Shown: piece by piece, positions 23,001 through 35,900 of the stretch
Position numbering within the stretch: position 1 is the first letter of the stretch
How the letters are laid out: each line of letters opens with the position of its first letter
Assembly (NCBI RefSeq): GCF_964204865.1
Contig: NC_135262.1
Coordinates: forward strand, 7,688,001 to 7,752,000
DNA length: 64,000 bases
Direction of reading: 5' to 3'
Source of the DNA: Styela clava
Lineage: Eukaryota
Position numbers and translations under genes: made by a program
Notes under the pieces: model-generated
Databases searched by the model: none
The model's input: the letters and a program-made list of their open reading frames with translations, nothing else
What the model was told of the DNA's origin: nothing

Positions 23001-26000
23001 CAAGTCAACCGACCAGCGATTGCGTTTCTACTCTCAACAGGCTTTGTGCCGTTCGATCATAATTGCTCTAGAATGAATAAGGAGTTTTAAATTGCTGTAA
23101 AAAATTTTCTCTCCCGATTCATAATATTTCAAAGAAAACTTTTCATTCATCTGACCCTATAGTAATATTTTCTTATAGAGATGCCATTGCATCGAAGCTC
23201 TCCAATAAAAATATTCATTTTATTCTACAATTTGTACTCATAAACATAACTATTCATTATGAAACAAAAGAATGTAATTTAATCGGCGTCTGCCTCTGTT
23301 TGGGAGGCCATTTTGTAAGGTTATTTATTCAAACCTAAAAAGAAAGCATTCTCAACATTTGTACATACTATTTATAGTTCTTTTAAAAGAGTGCGTATGG
23401 ATAGCTATGTTGCCTTGTTTTGGGTGTCTACTTTTACATGCTTGATACATATGTTATTATAACTAAAACAAGAAAAATGACAGGGCTCTACACTTACAGT
23501 CTATTTCAAACACCTTACAAAAGATAATCAAATAGATTAATCTAAAATAACTTCTAGTTGTTATTTTTTTCAATTATTGAATATTATTTTAGTATTGGCA
23601 TTCTGCACATCTTGCTTAACATTAGGAAGACATTTGCCATAGTATCTCTGAATACCTTGAGTGGGTTTGCAGGTTTGAGTCCCGTGGGAGATAATTATGT
23701 TCGACAGGACCGTTGGACTGCTCACTTTTGTAGGACGGTTCTACTAACCGCTGTTATATTCCATCAATTTCATGAGTGTGAAACAATTTACTGCTTAACT
23801 ATCCCCATACTCGGCATGAACATGATACCTGGAGGATTGGCCTTGCATATTATTACGCCGACTTGTTGGCTTTTCTCTTGCTCAAGATAAAATATGAAAA
23901 TCCTATAGTTTATTTAACATCTGAATGTAAAAAGAACCAAAAATATCAGAAGTGGAATTTTAGTTGCATAGTGAGTTTGAAACATAAATTTAAAATTGTG
24001 AAAATTAATGATAGCCTTGTCTGAGAAACTCTCAAGAGGTTTGATTAGTGAGGATAATCTGTTTCAGCATGTCAATTCTAATCACATTTAAAAAATTTTT
24101 GCCATGTCTCTTGGGTGTTGTTATTGTGTTTTATACCTCAAGTTTTATATCATCTACCACTTTGAATTGGTAGATACATTTGTTGGATGGTATTCTCTCT
24201 TGGATTTCTACATTTGAGAACTGGCCGTGTATCATAGTCCGTGTATCATAGTTGTTCTCAAACTTTCACGATTTGTGGGCCATTCTAAAGAATGACACAC
24301 ACGGTGCATATCGAGATAAAAATTGTTGAACAAAATTTTCTCTTTTCATAATTTAGATGGAAGAGTCGTTGCATCTGGGGTTTCTCTTATAACAACATCA
24401 ATCGAAATAATTTGAAGAAAAATAACACGGTAAATAATTATGCGTAAAAAAACGATTATGATTAATATATATTGATTTAGGGAACTGGTATCTAACCTGA
24501 GTCTAATTGATTGTCTGTCATTCTAGGTTTTGAATAATTCAATGTTGGTGAATTCCTGACTAGGCTTGCATATTATTGATATTATGCACATATGAAAAAA
24601 TGTGTGTGTGTGGAACATATTATCTACATTCTTCAGTGCCAACATAGCTGGAAAACGTTCCAACATAAATAAAAAAAACCTTATTAAGCAATTGAATTAC
24701 ATCAGCCATAGTGTATCATATTTCAAAAATTAACGGGATTTGAATCGAAATTCTCAATTCTTCGGGAGTTATAATTCATGACTTCCAATGGTGATAATGA
24801 AGACATTAAATTTACCAAGCGTTTTTAACAGCTATTGATGTAGGCTTCCATAAGTCAAAGTTACTATTCGATTTTTTCGAAGTTTGCTGATGGAGTCAAG
24901 ATTCAAAATTTTTCTAGTCTGATGCGAAAGGAGTCTGATTCTATTGCATATCTTCACAACCTGTTTTCCATATCTAGTATTTTTCCCAGTAGCATTTATG
25001 TAGCTGTGTGTTAAATACTTAATCACAGAATCACTTTCTTTTAACTTCAGATCCATAATGAGAAGCATGTTGTTGTGCTAAGCTCACACGACCCAGAAGC
25101 AATGTCCGTAATGAAGCCATTATCCTCAACTATAGACACCTGCCTATCCCGAGGTGCGGGACACAAATGTGTTACTGTAGTGGATAAATTAGCTGAACTA
25201 TTTGTTTACACGTTCGATGGAAGTTACAAATGGGATACATGTGCTCCTCATGCCATTTTACGGTCTTGTGAAGGCGGCATTGCAGTCTTAAATGAAGCGA
25301 TTGAAAAATATGGTGAATATCTCATATTTTAATATACGATAGGCCTATAATATGAAATATAAAGCAGAGAAATGCCCTTTCTTCAAGTCGAGTCGGGCAT
25401 TAAGTTTTCATTGTTTCTCTCAGATTAACAATTTTTCGAAATCCATAGAGTTTTCTGTAATTTATATTTGACAGGTTATAATAAATAGACAAAAAACGAA
25501 AACATAAACCAACTAGCGAATCTGAATGTACAGAGCCTCATTTTGATAGGGTGTATAAAAGTTTAACATACTCTTATAGTCTTATATATAAAGCAGTCGG
25601 TCGGGTACAAGCTATTGATCTTTAATTATTTTCAAGTTTACCTTTCGGTGATTCAATGCTCGTAGTGTTGGGACTTGCGATCAATAGTAATTCAACTTTT
25701 GATTTTTAGATCATGTAATAAAAAATTCATGGATTTTAAAATTTAAATGTAAAAGTCTGCCCAATTTTATATGATGTTTGGTAATATATATATATATAGA
25801 ACTTGTGATGTTGCTTTGATGGTTTGTTCTGAACTTATCCATAATTCATTTTAATGTCGAAATACCACACTGATGAAATATGCATTGAAATTGGAGTTCT
25901 TATAGTAATTTGATGATTTCAATGTTTCAAATTTCTGGAAATATCATCAGTTGGGTTATTCAAATATCTATAATTGTCAAATTTTGTTGCTCTAAATTTC

Positions 26001-26574
26001 TGTTTTTACAAAATATTATCTTATTATACTTTTTTATACCCAAATTTCGAGCAAAACTAGTTACAAACAAATAGCTAGCAAAAAATGAAAACGAGCTAAA
26101 TTTTATGCCTGAAAATCTATCTGAGTGAAAGAAATGTCTGGATGGCTGTTAAAATTTCATTTGTTATGTCACTTTTGACACCTTGCTGATTAGTGAATAG
26201 CACGGAAATAAACAAGGAAGTCGATGCTAGGGAAACATGCATTAGACAAATGCTCAAATAAGGAAATTTTTTTTTGAAGGGGCCAAGGGGGGGGGAGGGG
26301 TACAGATCATGGAAGATTGAGAACCATTGCCCTAGACCCGAGGTCAACTGTTGAAACAAAAATATTTCTTACATTCTCAGATACAACTGAATCTGAAAAT
26401 GATTTTTTATCTGTTCTTGATTCCTGCCAAGTAAAATATAACGAAGCATCAGAATCTAACAAGAATCATAACTGGAAGGCGAACTCAGGCGGATTGCTTG
26501 TTTATAATGGAACATGTCGGAGTAATGATGCTATGCGTCAAATTTTGAAAGCATTTGCAAGTACTCGATCATAG
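20064..26574 (+). CDS. INPP1: Inositol polyphosphate 1-phosphatase, 7 coding exons: 20064-20258, 20617-20768, 21138-21268, 22468-22651, 24357-24429, 25051-25312, 26381-26574
   Basis: GT-AG junctions with consistent phase. The spliced product has ASEKASRIAR, DFKTLADVFIQQ, GEE.NQFTN, GIWIDPIDCTSQY, GVVNQPF, KWDTCAPHAIL and ANSGGLLVY. Confidence 0.92.
20794..20952 (-). mobile_element. 3' half of tRNA-derived SINE (same family as 46330-46652)
   Basis: Reverse complement matches the GGCTTCCTCCACCA...CCCGGGGATAAAT...ATCCTATCC end of the fuller copy. Confidence 0.75.
23640..23905 (+). mobile_element. Degenerate copy of tRNA-derived SINE
   Basis: GTGGGTTTGCAGGTTTGAGTCCC B-box-like segment and GGCTTTTCTCT...GATAAAATATGAAAATCCTAT tail, similar to the 46.3-46.65 kb copy. 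Confidence 0.6.
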
Positions 26575-26819
26575 CAACGTGTATGATGTTATTAAAGTCA
26601 AGTTCGGGCCATATTTGGATTGACCTGAACCTTGTGAAAACACACAATACACAAATTAGCATTGTGCACTGTTTTCTTTTTACTTTGAATTTTAGGAATG
26701 CTATCTATAATAACATTTCAGTTTTATGGGGTTACTTTTAATATTTTACTGAGTGAGTTGTGCTTATAACTGGTTTATATATTTAATCGTTGTGGAGTTT
26801 TTGAACTGTCAATAATTTG

Positions 26820-27037
26820 GCGCTCCAGAAGTGTATACCAATATGGAGGTAACTAATTTTGTTCGCCTACTTTACATCAAGTTGTATAAGGGGACTGAAA
26901 CTTATGGGCAGGGGGTGATATTCACTTGGCTAACACAGACAATCCCCGAACTCGTAATAGAACTAAAATAAGGAAAATCCGAATAAAATTATGGTCTAAA
27001 CTTAAACCCTTACCTGGTACACATACTATGGAAGTAC
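26820..27037 (+). mobile_element. ~220-bp dispersed MITE-like repeat (inverted copy at ~43897-44101, partial at ~22820-22942)
   Basis: Collinear similarity, e.g. TAATAGAACTAAAATAAGGAAAATC vs its reverse complement GATTTTCCTTATTTTAGTTCTATTA; terminus GCTCCAGAAGT.TGT..ACCAA.ATGG. Confidence 0.75.
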
Positions 27038-28078
27038 ATAGCATTAGAGTAGTGTGTAAGGGTATGACACCTATGTAGAAACTATTTAATTTTGAGTTCA
27101 AAAAATAAAATTTAAAACTTATCCATATTATGAAAAAGATGCATTTCAGCAATTCAGATATTGAAGCCAAATTAGACATTTTGCCAAATTTTACCAAGCA
27201 AACTTTTACAATGTAAATGTAACTGAATTTCAAATATATTGCAGAGGGAAATTCGTATAGACCTACGGTATATATTTTCTACTATTGTCACAACCCTATT
27301 ACTAAGAGCCCTATAGTAGTGTTTTGATTTATAGGGGAGATCTTAACCTTTTCTCAAGTTAATTCTCGACGAATTTTAAAAGCGAAATCTCAACTCCGTA
27401 GACTGTATATTCTAGTGTGTTATAAGTGAACCATGAAAAAAGGGACCTAAGAATGTTTCCAGTGACTGTGTCTGTATATTCTAGTGTATCGTAAGTGAAC
27501 TATGAAAAAAAAAAGAACAAAAATATTGTTTTACAATATATGGTCAACGGCTATGTACTTTCTTGCTAAAAAGATTTACCCCCATGCATGTCATGTTACA
27601 GAACACGGTTTTATAACTATATATAAGAATGAAGAATATCATAGATAGAATAGTAAACTGTTTTGTTGTTGAACGAGTGTAATTCATTGTTATGAGATTT
27701 TAGTGAAAATTTTTTCATCTTTATATATACTATACACACCTATTATTGCAATAAAAATTAATTTTTAGTTTGGAAATTCATTCACTCGTTCACCCACCGG
27801 TTGTTATCGGCTGCTGATTTTATCATGTTACTTTTTTCTCGCTGCAATTTTTTTTATTATTTTAAATCATCATCATCTGCAAGTCGTATATTTATTCAGT
27901 ATTTGAAAGAATTTTGTGTTATTGCGATATATCTTTAATTATTTTTTTCACAATTGTCATTTTCTTGCCAGTCTGCCAGTCTAGAGTTTTTACGATGGAA
28001 ATAAATTCCATTTAAATGTCGCATAAATTTAGTGTTGTTCCCATTGTACTGATGAGTATTCTTTACTGAAAAAAGGGA

Positions 28079-28182
28079 GCTCCGGAAGTATGTGCATCAG
28101 GATGGCGCACAACCTGAACATAGTATGTGTACCAGTTTAAAGTTCAGGTTGTGCGCCATCTTGGTGCACATACTTCAGGAGC
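28079..28182. mobile_element. ~105-bp palindromic MITE
   Basis: 41-bp imperfect inverted arms (28079-28119 / 28142-28182) around a 22-nt loop; second copy at 48962-49071. Confidence 0.85.
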
Positions 28183-29910
28183 AGCAAAAAAAGAAACTAT
28201 TCAATTGTTAAGAATTTTAGATTGACTACATGCTATGTTGGGATATTTGGCATGTTTTAACATGAGCCAGAATTCAAGTCTTCCTGTGGTGATGATAAAA
28301 ATTTTCTATAGGCACTATGAAATTGACTAAACATTACAGACAGATTATTAAAGATAGCTTACGTACTTTAAAGTATCTTTTTCGGAGCGTGGAGTTGATT
28401 GTTAATACGACTCCTAAGCCATGCTTGTAACAATACAAAAGGCCAGGGTTTGCAATATGATCGAGACATATTATCCCTCAAAATCTTATCGTATCTTACG
28501 TTTACTAATAACTGATTCTGCCTCAATATTTTTTAAATTTAATAGTGTGCAGTCTATATATATGATCCAAGACCTTTTTTCTGCTATAATATTTCTATAG
28601 TTCGAACAGAACCCAACTGTTTTCTTCCGATTATATTCATGTGCAAATGTATTATCGACTATTAGTTTTTGAGTTTCTATTCACAATTAGAAGACTCTTC
28701 AAACTTGGGAGGCCCAACTCCACGGTGGAGCCAAGAATTTTTCTCTTGTGCGAGATTGGTCATCAAAAATTCTATTATATTTCCCTGTGTTATTGAGATT
28801 TACTTCGCAAAAAAAAAATTGGCTGTGCCAACCAATTTCGTTGTTATCATTTTTATTCAAATGGCTGACTTATTTATTATGCTCTAAATTCCATTAAACT
28901 ATGTTGATTATTTAAGGATTATTTTAATTATGGACAGATTCTACGAGTTTAGAATTTGGGAATTTTGAAATATTTTTAGTTATGAAGAACTAATAACATC
29001 TGGTTTATTATCTGGCTACTGTTGTACTTGCATTTTCCACCCAAACTTATAATCGTTGTGGCAAGATTAATTCACTATTCTTTCAATTTGGATTGAAGTG
29101 GCATCTATTGTTAGTTCAGATAATGCTAGAACAAACTCCCAGCGTTTATTGACATTTATATGTTTTATTCAGACTTCAGTTGTCACAATTATCTTGCCAT
29201 TTCTTATGGAATTTTTATATTTACTCTGATTTTATCTTGCCATTGTATATATTACTACTACACAATAAAAATCCATAAGCTGTGTGCATTGTGCAATCAG
29301 ACCTATTGGCTGTTAGTCAAACATGACAATGGTCTCTACCTTTTTATATTGTATTCATCTCATGCAGCTCAGATGTGTTTTATTGTATATTGTTATTCAG
29401 ATGTTGTTACACGTCATCATTTATATCACATGAAATAAACTTATATCATACAGTCTGGTAACTCCAATAAACTTAAGAGCGATAAGGTATGCAGCTCTCA
29501 TCTCTCAGTGGTTAAAATCAGGCTTTCCCAAGTTTGAAGGTCACAGACCGAAAAATCCCTCGCTGATAAGCCTTTGTGGCAGCGTTTCGCAGCAAGGGGT
29601 TTTTGGAGGCGAAATATTACTTTGTGTTTGGTGTAGTATCTATCACATTTCATGATGAGCTCAAAGCAACGGGAGGAATTTATCGGGAAAGGATTGGTGC
29701 TGTATTAGCAGCACATTCAAAACCCCAGTGGTGACCCATGCAATCAATCCTAGTCAGCTAATTAGGCCGCATAAATGACGCTAGCCGTTTAACACATGGA
29801 CTTATATCTCATCTGTAACTTGGACACTAGAACTTTTTCAGTATGGATGTCTACTCTCACAACCAAGACATATCTAATTTGAAACAGATATTTGTCGAAA
29901 CGTCATTTAT

Positions 29911-32900
29911 TCAAAATTTCATGATTTCAACTGTATACAATTCTTTTGATTTCTTCCCAGCAGGCAGCTTTGATTGAATTTGTGTTAGAAGTCTTGATAC
30001 TGTAGTCAATTCTGTAAACACTTTACTCTGTGGAAAAATAATAAAAGTTCTTTTTACAAGCTAAAATTATTATTAGAAAGTCGAGAATACAATTACACTT
30101 TCAATGTTGCAATTGCAACCTCGATAGAATATTGATGAATCTCAAAATTGTTAAAAGTATTATACCTGCAAGTCGACAGCTTCTTGTAGTTTAGATATCG
30201 CGGGCCAGGAATCTTCCAACAATATAATTTCAGATAAGTGTGCATCGATGATCATCCCAAGCCAACTTATGACCTGAAAAAAAGGATCTAAACTTGAAAA
30301 TTTCCACTAATTGACTACAAAAGTAGTTTCCAAACTGGTCCTTACAATGTGCAAAATAGTACGTCACAAAATATTATTCAGTTTCCCAAAGAATTATTCA
30401 TTATGTGGCAACAGTTAGATTAGAACTACAGTATTTTTATTATACTGTATCTACCTACACAAGTTGCCATTGTCAAGCGAGGAAATAAAACATCTCAGAA
30501 AGACCAACATCTTTGTGGTTCGGCATTGCCTAATGGATATTACACCAGCCTTTAACTCAACTGCACCATTGCCGAATTTGACTCTTTTTTAAAACTGTTT
30601 TTGCGAGTTGGCAATTACAACTAGGTTTACTTATTTCGAACCATCATTTTGATTACGGTACATATTTTCTACCACACAGCATTAAAAAATATAATTCGAT
30701 GTTACGATAATGAATTTTTCTTTCCCATACATTGAGACTTTGAAAAGTTTTGGAACCCATGGACTACCCAGTTCTTTCATAAGTTACTTTAATTTATTTT
30801 CTACTTTGCTGACATATTGTTATATTATTACCAGATGTAAACATCAAATGAATGATAAAATTAATCATGCTGTATGCAAATTCAATTTTCATTAGTTAAA
30901 GTGGTCTCACAAAATCAAATTGTGTTTGTGTATTAGGTAAAACAATACACTGAAATACTGATTTACAATGTTGACCTGAATATTTGAACTTTAAAATTCA
31001 GAAAAATTAACAGGTAAAAAGAATGGCAGTTACCTGATTCAGTGTAGGGGATTCTGATCCGAGAAATATGTTTTCCAAGAGATTAGTGAGATGCAGCACA
31101 ATCTTCTATAAAATCAAATGTCAAAACAGTGTGAAGTTTTGAAAATATGACCCCATGCCGAGAACATAGCCAGCCCAAATTTTAATTCCAGAGGTGAAGG
31201 CCAATTTTCTTTGTAATATGTTGTAATACGCCGCTTACTCAAGCTTTACTCTGAACAAGGGCTGATATCTAACACTATCCTCTGCATAGTGCATACTATC
31301 TTCACTAAGGAAGTCATCCCATATATATCAGCGTGCATTTTCATCTATGCTGGTTGGTTTATTTGGAGAAAGGAGTATTGATAGTAAGCCAAACAAATGG
31401 TTTTGAAAATCGTGTTTCGAAAAAACTATTGAAAATTCTGATTCTGTCCCCAGAAATAACAACAATTTAGAAAAACAATCCATTATGCACACATCATGTC
31501 CGATGAATGAATAACAATTGTGAAATTGAAAGTGAGACAAAAAAACTGACAAAATGCAATAAAGGATCCAAAAAATACAAAAAAATAACATATTTCTGAC
31601 TTCCTTCAAATTCAAATAATCTCACAAATTATCTCGTTAGCAACTGCATATTGGGAAAAAGATTTAAAAACATTTGGAATATATTTAAAAAAAAAAAATA
31701 CTCCTGGTAAAATTTGCAATTCAATAACCAAAAACTTACCAATATTGCATTGAATGGCACAGAGCTTAGTTCTTTTCTCAATGCGTTCTCAGAATATGGT
31801 AGCTGTAAAATTTCATTTCTGTAAATTATTAGTCAAGGAGAAAACAATGTGCTTTTGGACAATGGCCTATGATCATTTATAAGACTTGCAAAGTTATGAT
31901 TGAAATGTGCCAAAAATGAAGCGCAATGGCTCAGCAGTTAAAATGCTAGAGTCCAGTGGTTCTCAACCTTTTTTTATTCGTGGCCCGCTTTGGTTCCAAA
32001 ATAAAATTGTGTGGCCCATTAACTACAGGAAAAACAAAAAAAATATTATTTTTGTGTAGATACACAACACACTTCACCACTCAAACTCAAAAGCAAAAAC
32101 AGCATCATTCAAATTTTAACCACTTATCAATAACTCTAGCGATTTTTAATAGGTTTGTAGAACCGATGCGCTAGATTTAACTGTGTTGGCATTACTAGTT
32201 GCAAGTCTTTGTTCCAAATCCCATGCCCACCATCTTACCCAGAGTGTAGGCAATGCCTATCTCGGACGATTCTGGTCCTTTCCGAATACAATAGTTCCTT
32301 GTATTCCATCAGATATCAGTGGCAGCTCAACAGGGCCTTGTTCAGAGCAAAAGTTTAATAATAAACAAACTTGTTGTTGTGATTTCCAGCTGAAATTCTG
32401 CGGACATTTCCAAAAAATTTGAGCCATATTTACAAAAATAATTTTGTACATATTCATCTTCAAATAGACATCTTTGCTTAATTTTTATAAAGGATACATG
32501 CACGAATATAAATGCTGTGGAAACAAAGAAAAATCAAGTTGTTCTCCATTGTTTTCAAGATCTTTATCCTTCTTCGCAGAATCATTGTATTGTATGGTAT
32601 CCAGGGTAATGTCTTCAGACCTTGAAAATAACAACAAAACAGCGCAATTGTTACGGTAAATCTATATTTATCTTTTTTAATGGGTTTTTACTTTATACTA
32701 TTCGACTTTTTTCGGGGTTACATTTTCAGTTGTTGTAAACCAGGGTTCCTCAAACTGGGTCCTGAGCCCTCGGCACCCCTAGGGACGACCATGAGCAAAG
32801 ATGGAAATCTGACATGACAACACAAAAAATTCTCCTCATTGAGTAAAATACTAAATATGACGTCACAAATTTTCAATTTTTGTATACCCCCCATTAACAA

Positions 32901-35900
32901 AACGACTGCATATATATTTTAGAAGTAGCTTGCTTGGATAGGAAATGAGAAAACGAATCAGCAAACAAATATATTAACTCACGCTTTTGCAGCGATTAAA
33001 GTCAGACATTGTACTAGAACAGTTTCCGGGATGTCGGTCAAATTTTTCAAACACTCTTGAAGTAAATCCCAATCTTCCATCTTGTATATTTCTTGAAATA
33101 TTTTATCACACCATCTAGAATAGTAAAGATTGGCTGAGAAGACATCGGCATGCTACTATTATTAATATTATATCAAAGTAAATTTTTAGTTTGATGCATT
33201 GTGTAGGTGCTATTTTGTAAACAAAACTGAGCACAGAAAAATCGGAATGTGGAAAACTAAGTGGGACATATGGCAAGTCTGTAGATAAGTGGTCGGCAAA
33301 CTTTATGTACTACTGTGTCAAATATGCACATTCACAGTAGCATGCGGGCCACATTAATTTCCTCTCATAAACAATTGCCACAATAAACTTCAAATTATGA
33401 TGCACGCGCAGCTCCGATTGTTGTGTCAACTACAACTAACGGAAGGCACGTTCTGCAAGTAAACGACATACATCAGACATGTGCTTTTGCCTGCGCTAGT
33501 TACTACAAAACAAACGATGTACAACATCTATTGTTACAACATACATCCATGCGTAGATAATAATAAATTTATGAGCATTTTTTGTTTTTACTTTTTATGC
33601 ATTAAATGTGAAGCCGCTCGAGAGCCACAATAAATTGTTCGATATCAGGTTGAAAAAAACTTATACCGTAAATCCAGCAACCAAATTTTTACAGCGAGAT
33701 TTTTGGCGTACAAAGCCTTCTTTTTTGTCTCTTGAATTCAATTACCCGAAATAGATCAGCAAAAGAGAATCTTATATAATACCCTCCATTAATCCAACCA
33801 GTTGACACAATTTCCAAGATAGTTGAACGAGGCCAGAAAACTTTTTTCTTCTCGTCTGTTCCAAATCTATTCAAGATTTCCTTCATGGTATTCGATCTGG
33901 AAAATTGTTTTTTATTATCTTGCGATTTTCCCTTCCAAAACTTGGTCCAAGTTCTGTCAAAATTTGCTTCTTGTTCTGTCTAAAATTTAATGTAATGTTA
34001 TGTTAATACCAAAAAAGTGGAGCAGAATTCAGGATTTGCAATCTTAACCAAAATCTAATGTTGTTTTTAAACCAACAGAGCACTTGCCGGATACGCCAAA
34101 CTGCAAAGCATTATAAGGTAATGATTTCCAGCTCAAATTCCATCTTCTCCACCTTAGAAAGATTTGCACTAAGTTAGCCAGGCTAAGCTTCAAGAAAAAA
34201 GGATGCACGGTATGTATCCAAGAGCCTGTTTGAATTGGAAATGTGAAATACTAAAATCCTTTAACTTACTTTTAATAATATTTCCAACAGGTTATTATCT
34301 TTCTCATTTAGTAACAAGGTTTGTTTTGGTTGATCTGTCCATTTAGCACAATGAACTTGACATGTTTGCTGGCCTTGACGTTGTTTTAAAATAACACTCG
34401 ATAGAGTAACTGGATTTGAAGTGAAGGGAAGTTTTTTAACATGATTTGGAGTATCCAACAAGATGAAATTTTCAATTGTTGTCATCTGAAAAAAATAAAA
34501 AAGGATTATTTTAAATCAAGTGTGGGAGATTGTTTTGGCTTGCGAGCCTCGTTAATTAGTTGCTTTACTTTATACTCATACTTTATATCGAATGCTTCTG
34601 TATATAGTGGCTTATCAAGGGTATAATAGCAGCCATGGGCACAGTTTAAAAATTCCAGTAGAAAAAGAATCATTGAACAATGTTGTATTAAAAAAAATGA
34701 AAAAAGGTTTCAGTAATAACTTGAAATATGCTAGAGCAATGTTGAAATTAAAGGTTGTCAACCGGTGATCAATCTTCAGCTTCGATCTGACAAAAGATGA
34801 TAACAAAACCAGGAATATTGATTGAATTCAATAGTTTTAAGCAAACTTCCTCTAACAGGAAATTAATGTCAATCACATTTTCATCCTTCATCACCAATTT
34901 AGTTGAATATTTCAAAAAAGAAAAAGCATAACATATTGAATTTTTTAGATGAGCATTTCATCAGTTCAGGGCGTGTTTAATTTGTTAAAACTGCTACTAC
35001 GTATACTTTTAGTTATCGTTTTTTAGACCAAAATGACTTCAGTGAAGTGGCCAACCCAATTAAAAATGACCATTTACTAAACGAACCTATTGTTGTGATG
35101 CCGAATTCAAATATAAAAGACGCTGAAAAAACTAGCGGAAATCGCTGTTAAACCAACTTTACGTTTTCAGGCTTCTTATGGTGCTTTTGAAACAGAATCA
35201 GGAGAGATGGTTGAAATAAGTATTGTTTTCGATGGAGGAAGTTTAAAAGATTATTTTGATATGAACAATGGTGCCATTTGTGAATTTTAGTGAACAAAAC
35301 ATGAACATACCAGACAAGAAATTGGGACTGAATTGTTAAGAAGAACGTATGAAACTACAAAGAATGAAAAATATGAAAAGATTTGTGTGATTACATCAAG
35401 TTACTACTTTGAAAATACGGTTCGAAAGCTTGGATATGACTCAATGAAAACGATTGGTTATAAAGATTACATTGATCCATCAATCGATGACAAAATATAT
35501 GCTAACATTCCAAGTCCCCACAAGGCTGTAACATTCTGAGTGAAAAACTTGTCTGGAATAGATTAAAGGAATGAATCAAGATAAAAGAATGAATCAATCA
35601 TTCCTAAATATGATCAGTTTAATTGGTTTGTGTTTATTGAAACTAGCGCATGGTCTTTTTTTAATCTAGGCTTTGGTTTGTCATTTAGTTTTCTGTAATT
35701 TTTAATGATTGTTGATCTGGTAAATTGTGGTGAAAAAAAATCACTCCTCTCAAGTCTACCGAATCAATCTATATCAAATTTTTAATACCTAAAGATGGAA
35801 GAGGAGATCACTAGAAAGATATTATTCATATCTTCTTTTAATTTTACTGTTTGATCTCAATTCCCATGAAAGTGTTAGTGTTCATATATTTGAGAAATCT

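Noticed and set aside
31955-32010. Isolated hAT-like ends (CAGTGGTTCTCAAC; also ~19630, 24250, 26320, 32740, 59800)
   Set aside because: Probably real MITE remnants, but partner ends and TSDs could not be established, so they are not listed as features.
26900-34810. Numerous 60-100 aa ORF-track entries
   Set aside because: Low-complexity AT-rich intron/UTR frames, antisense shadows or partial NOL11 exons.
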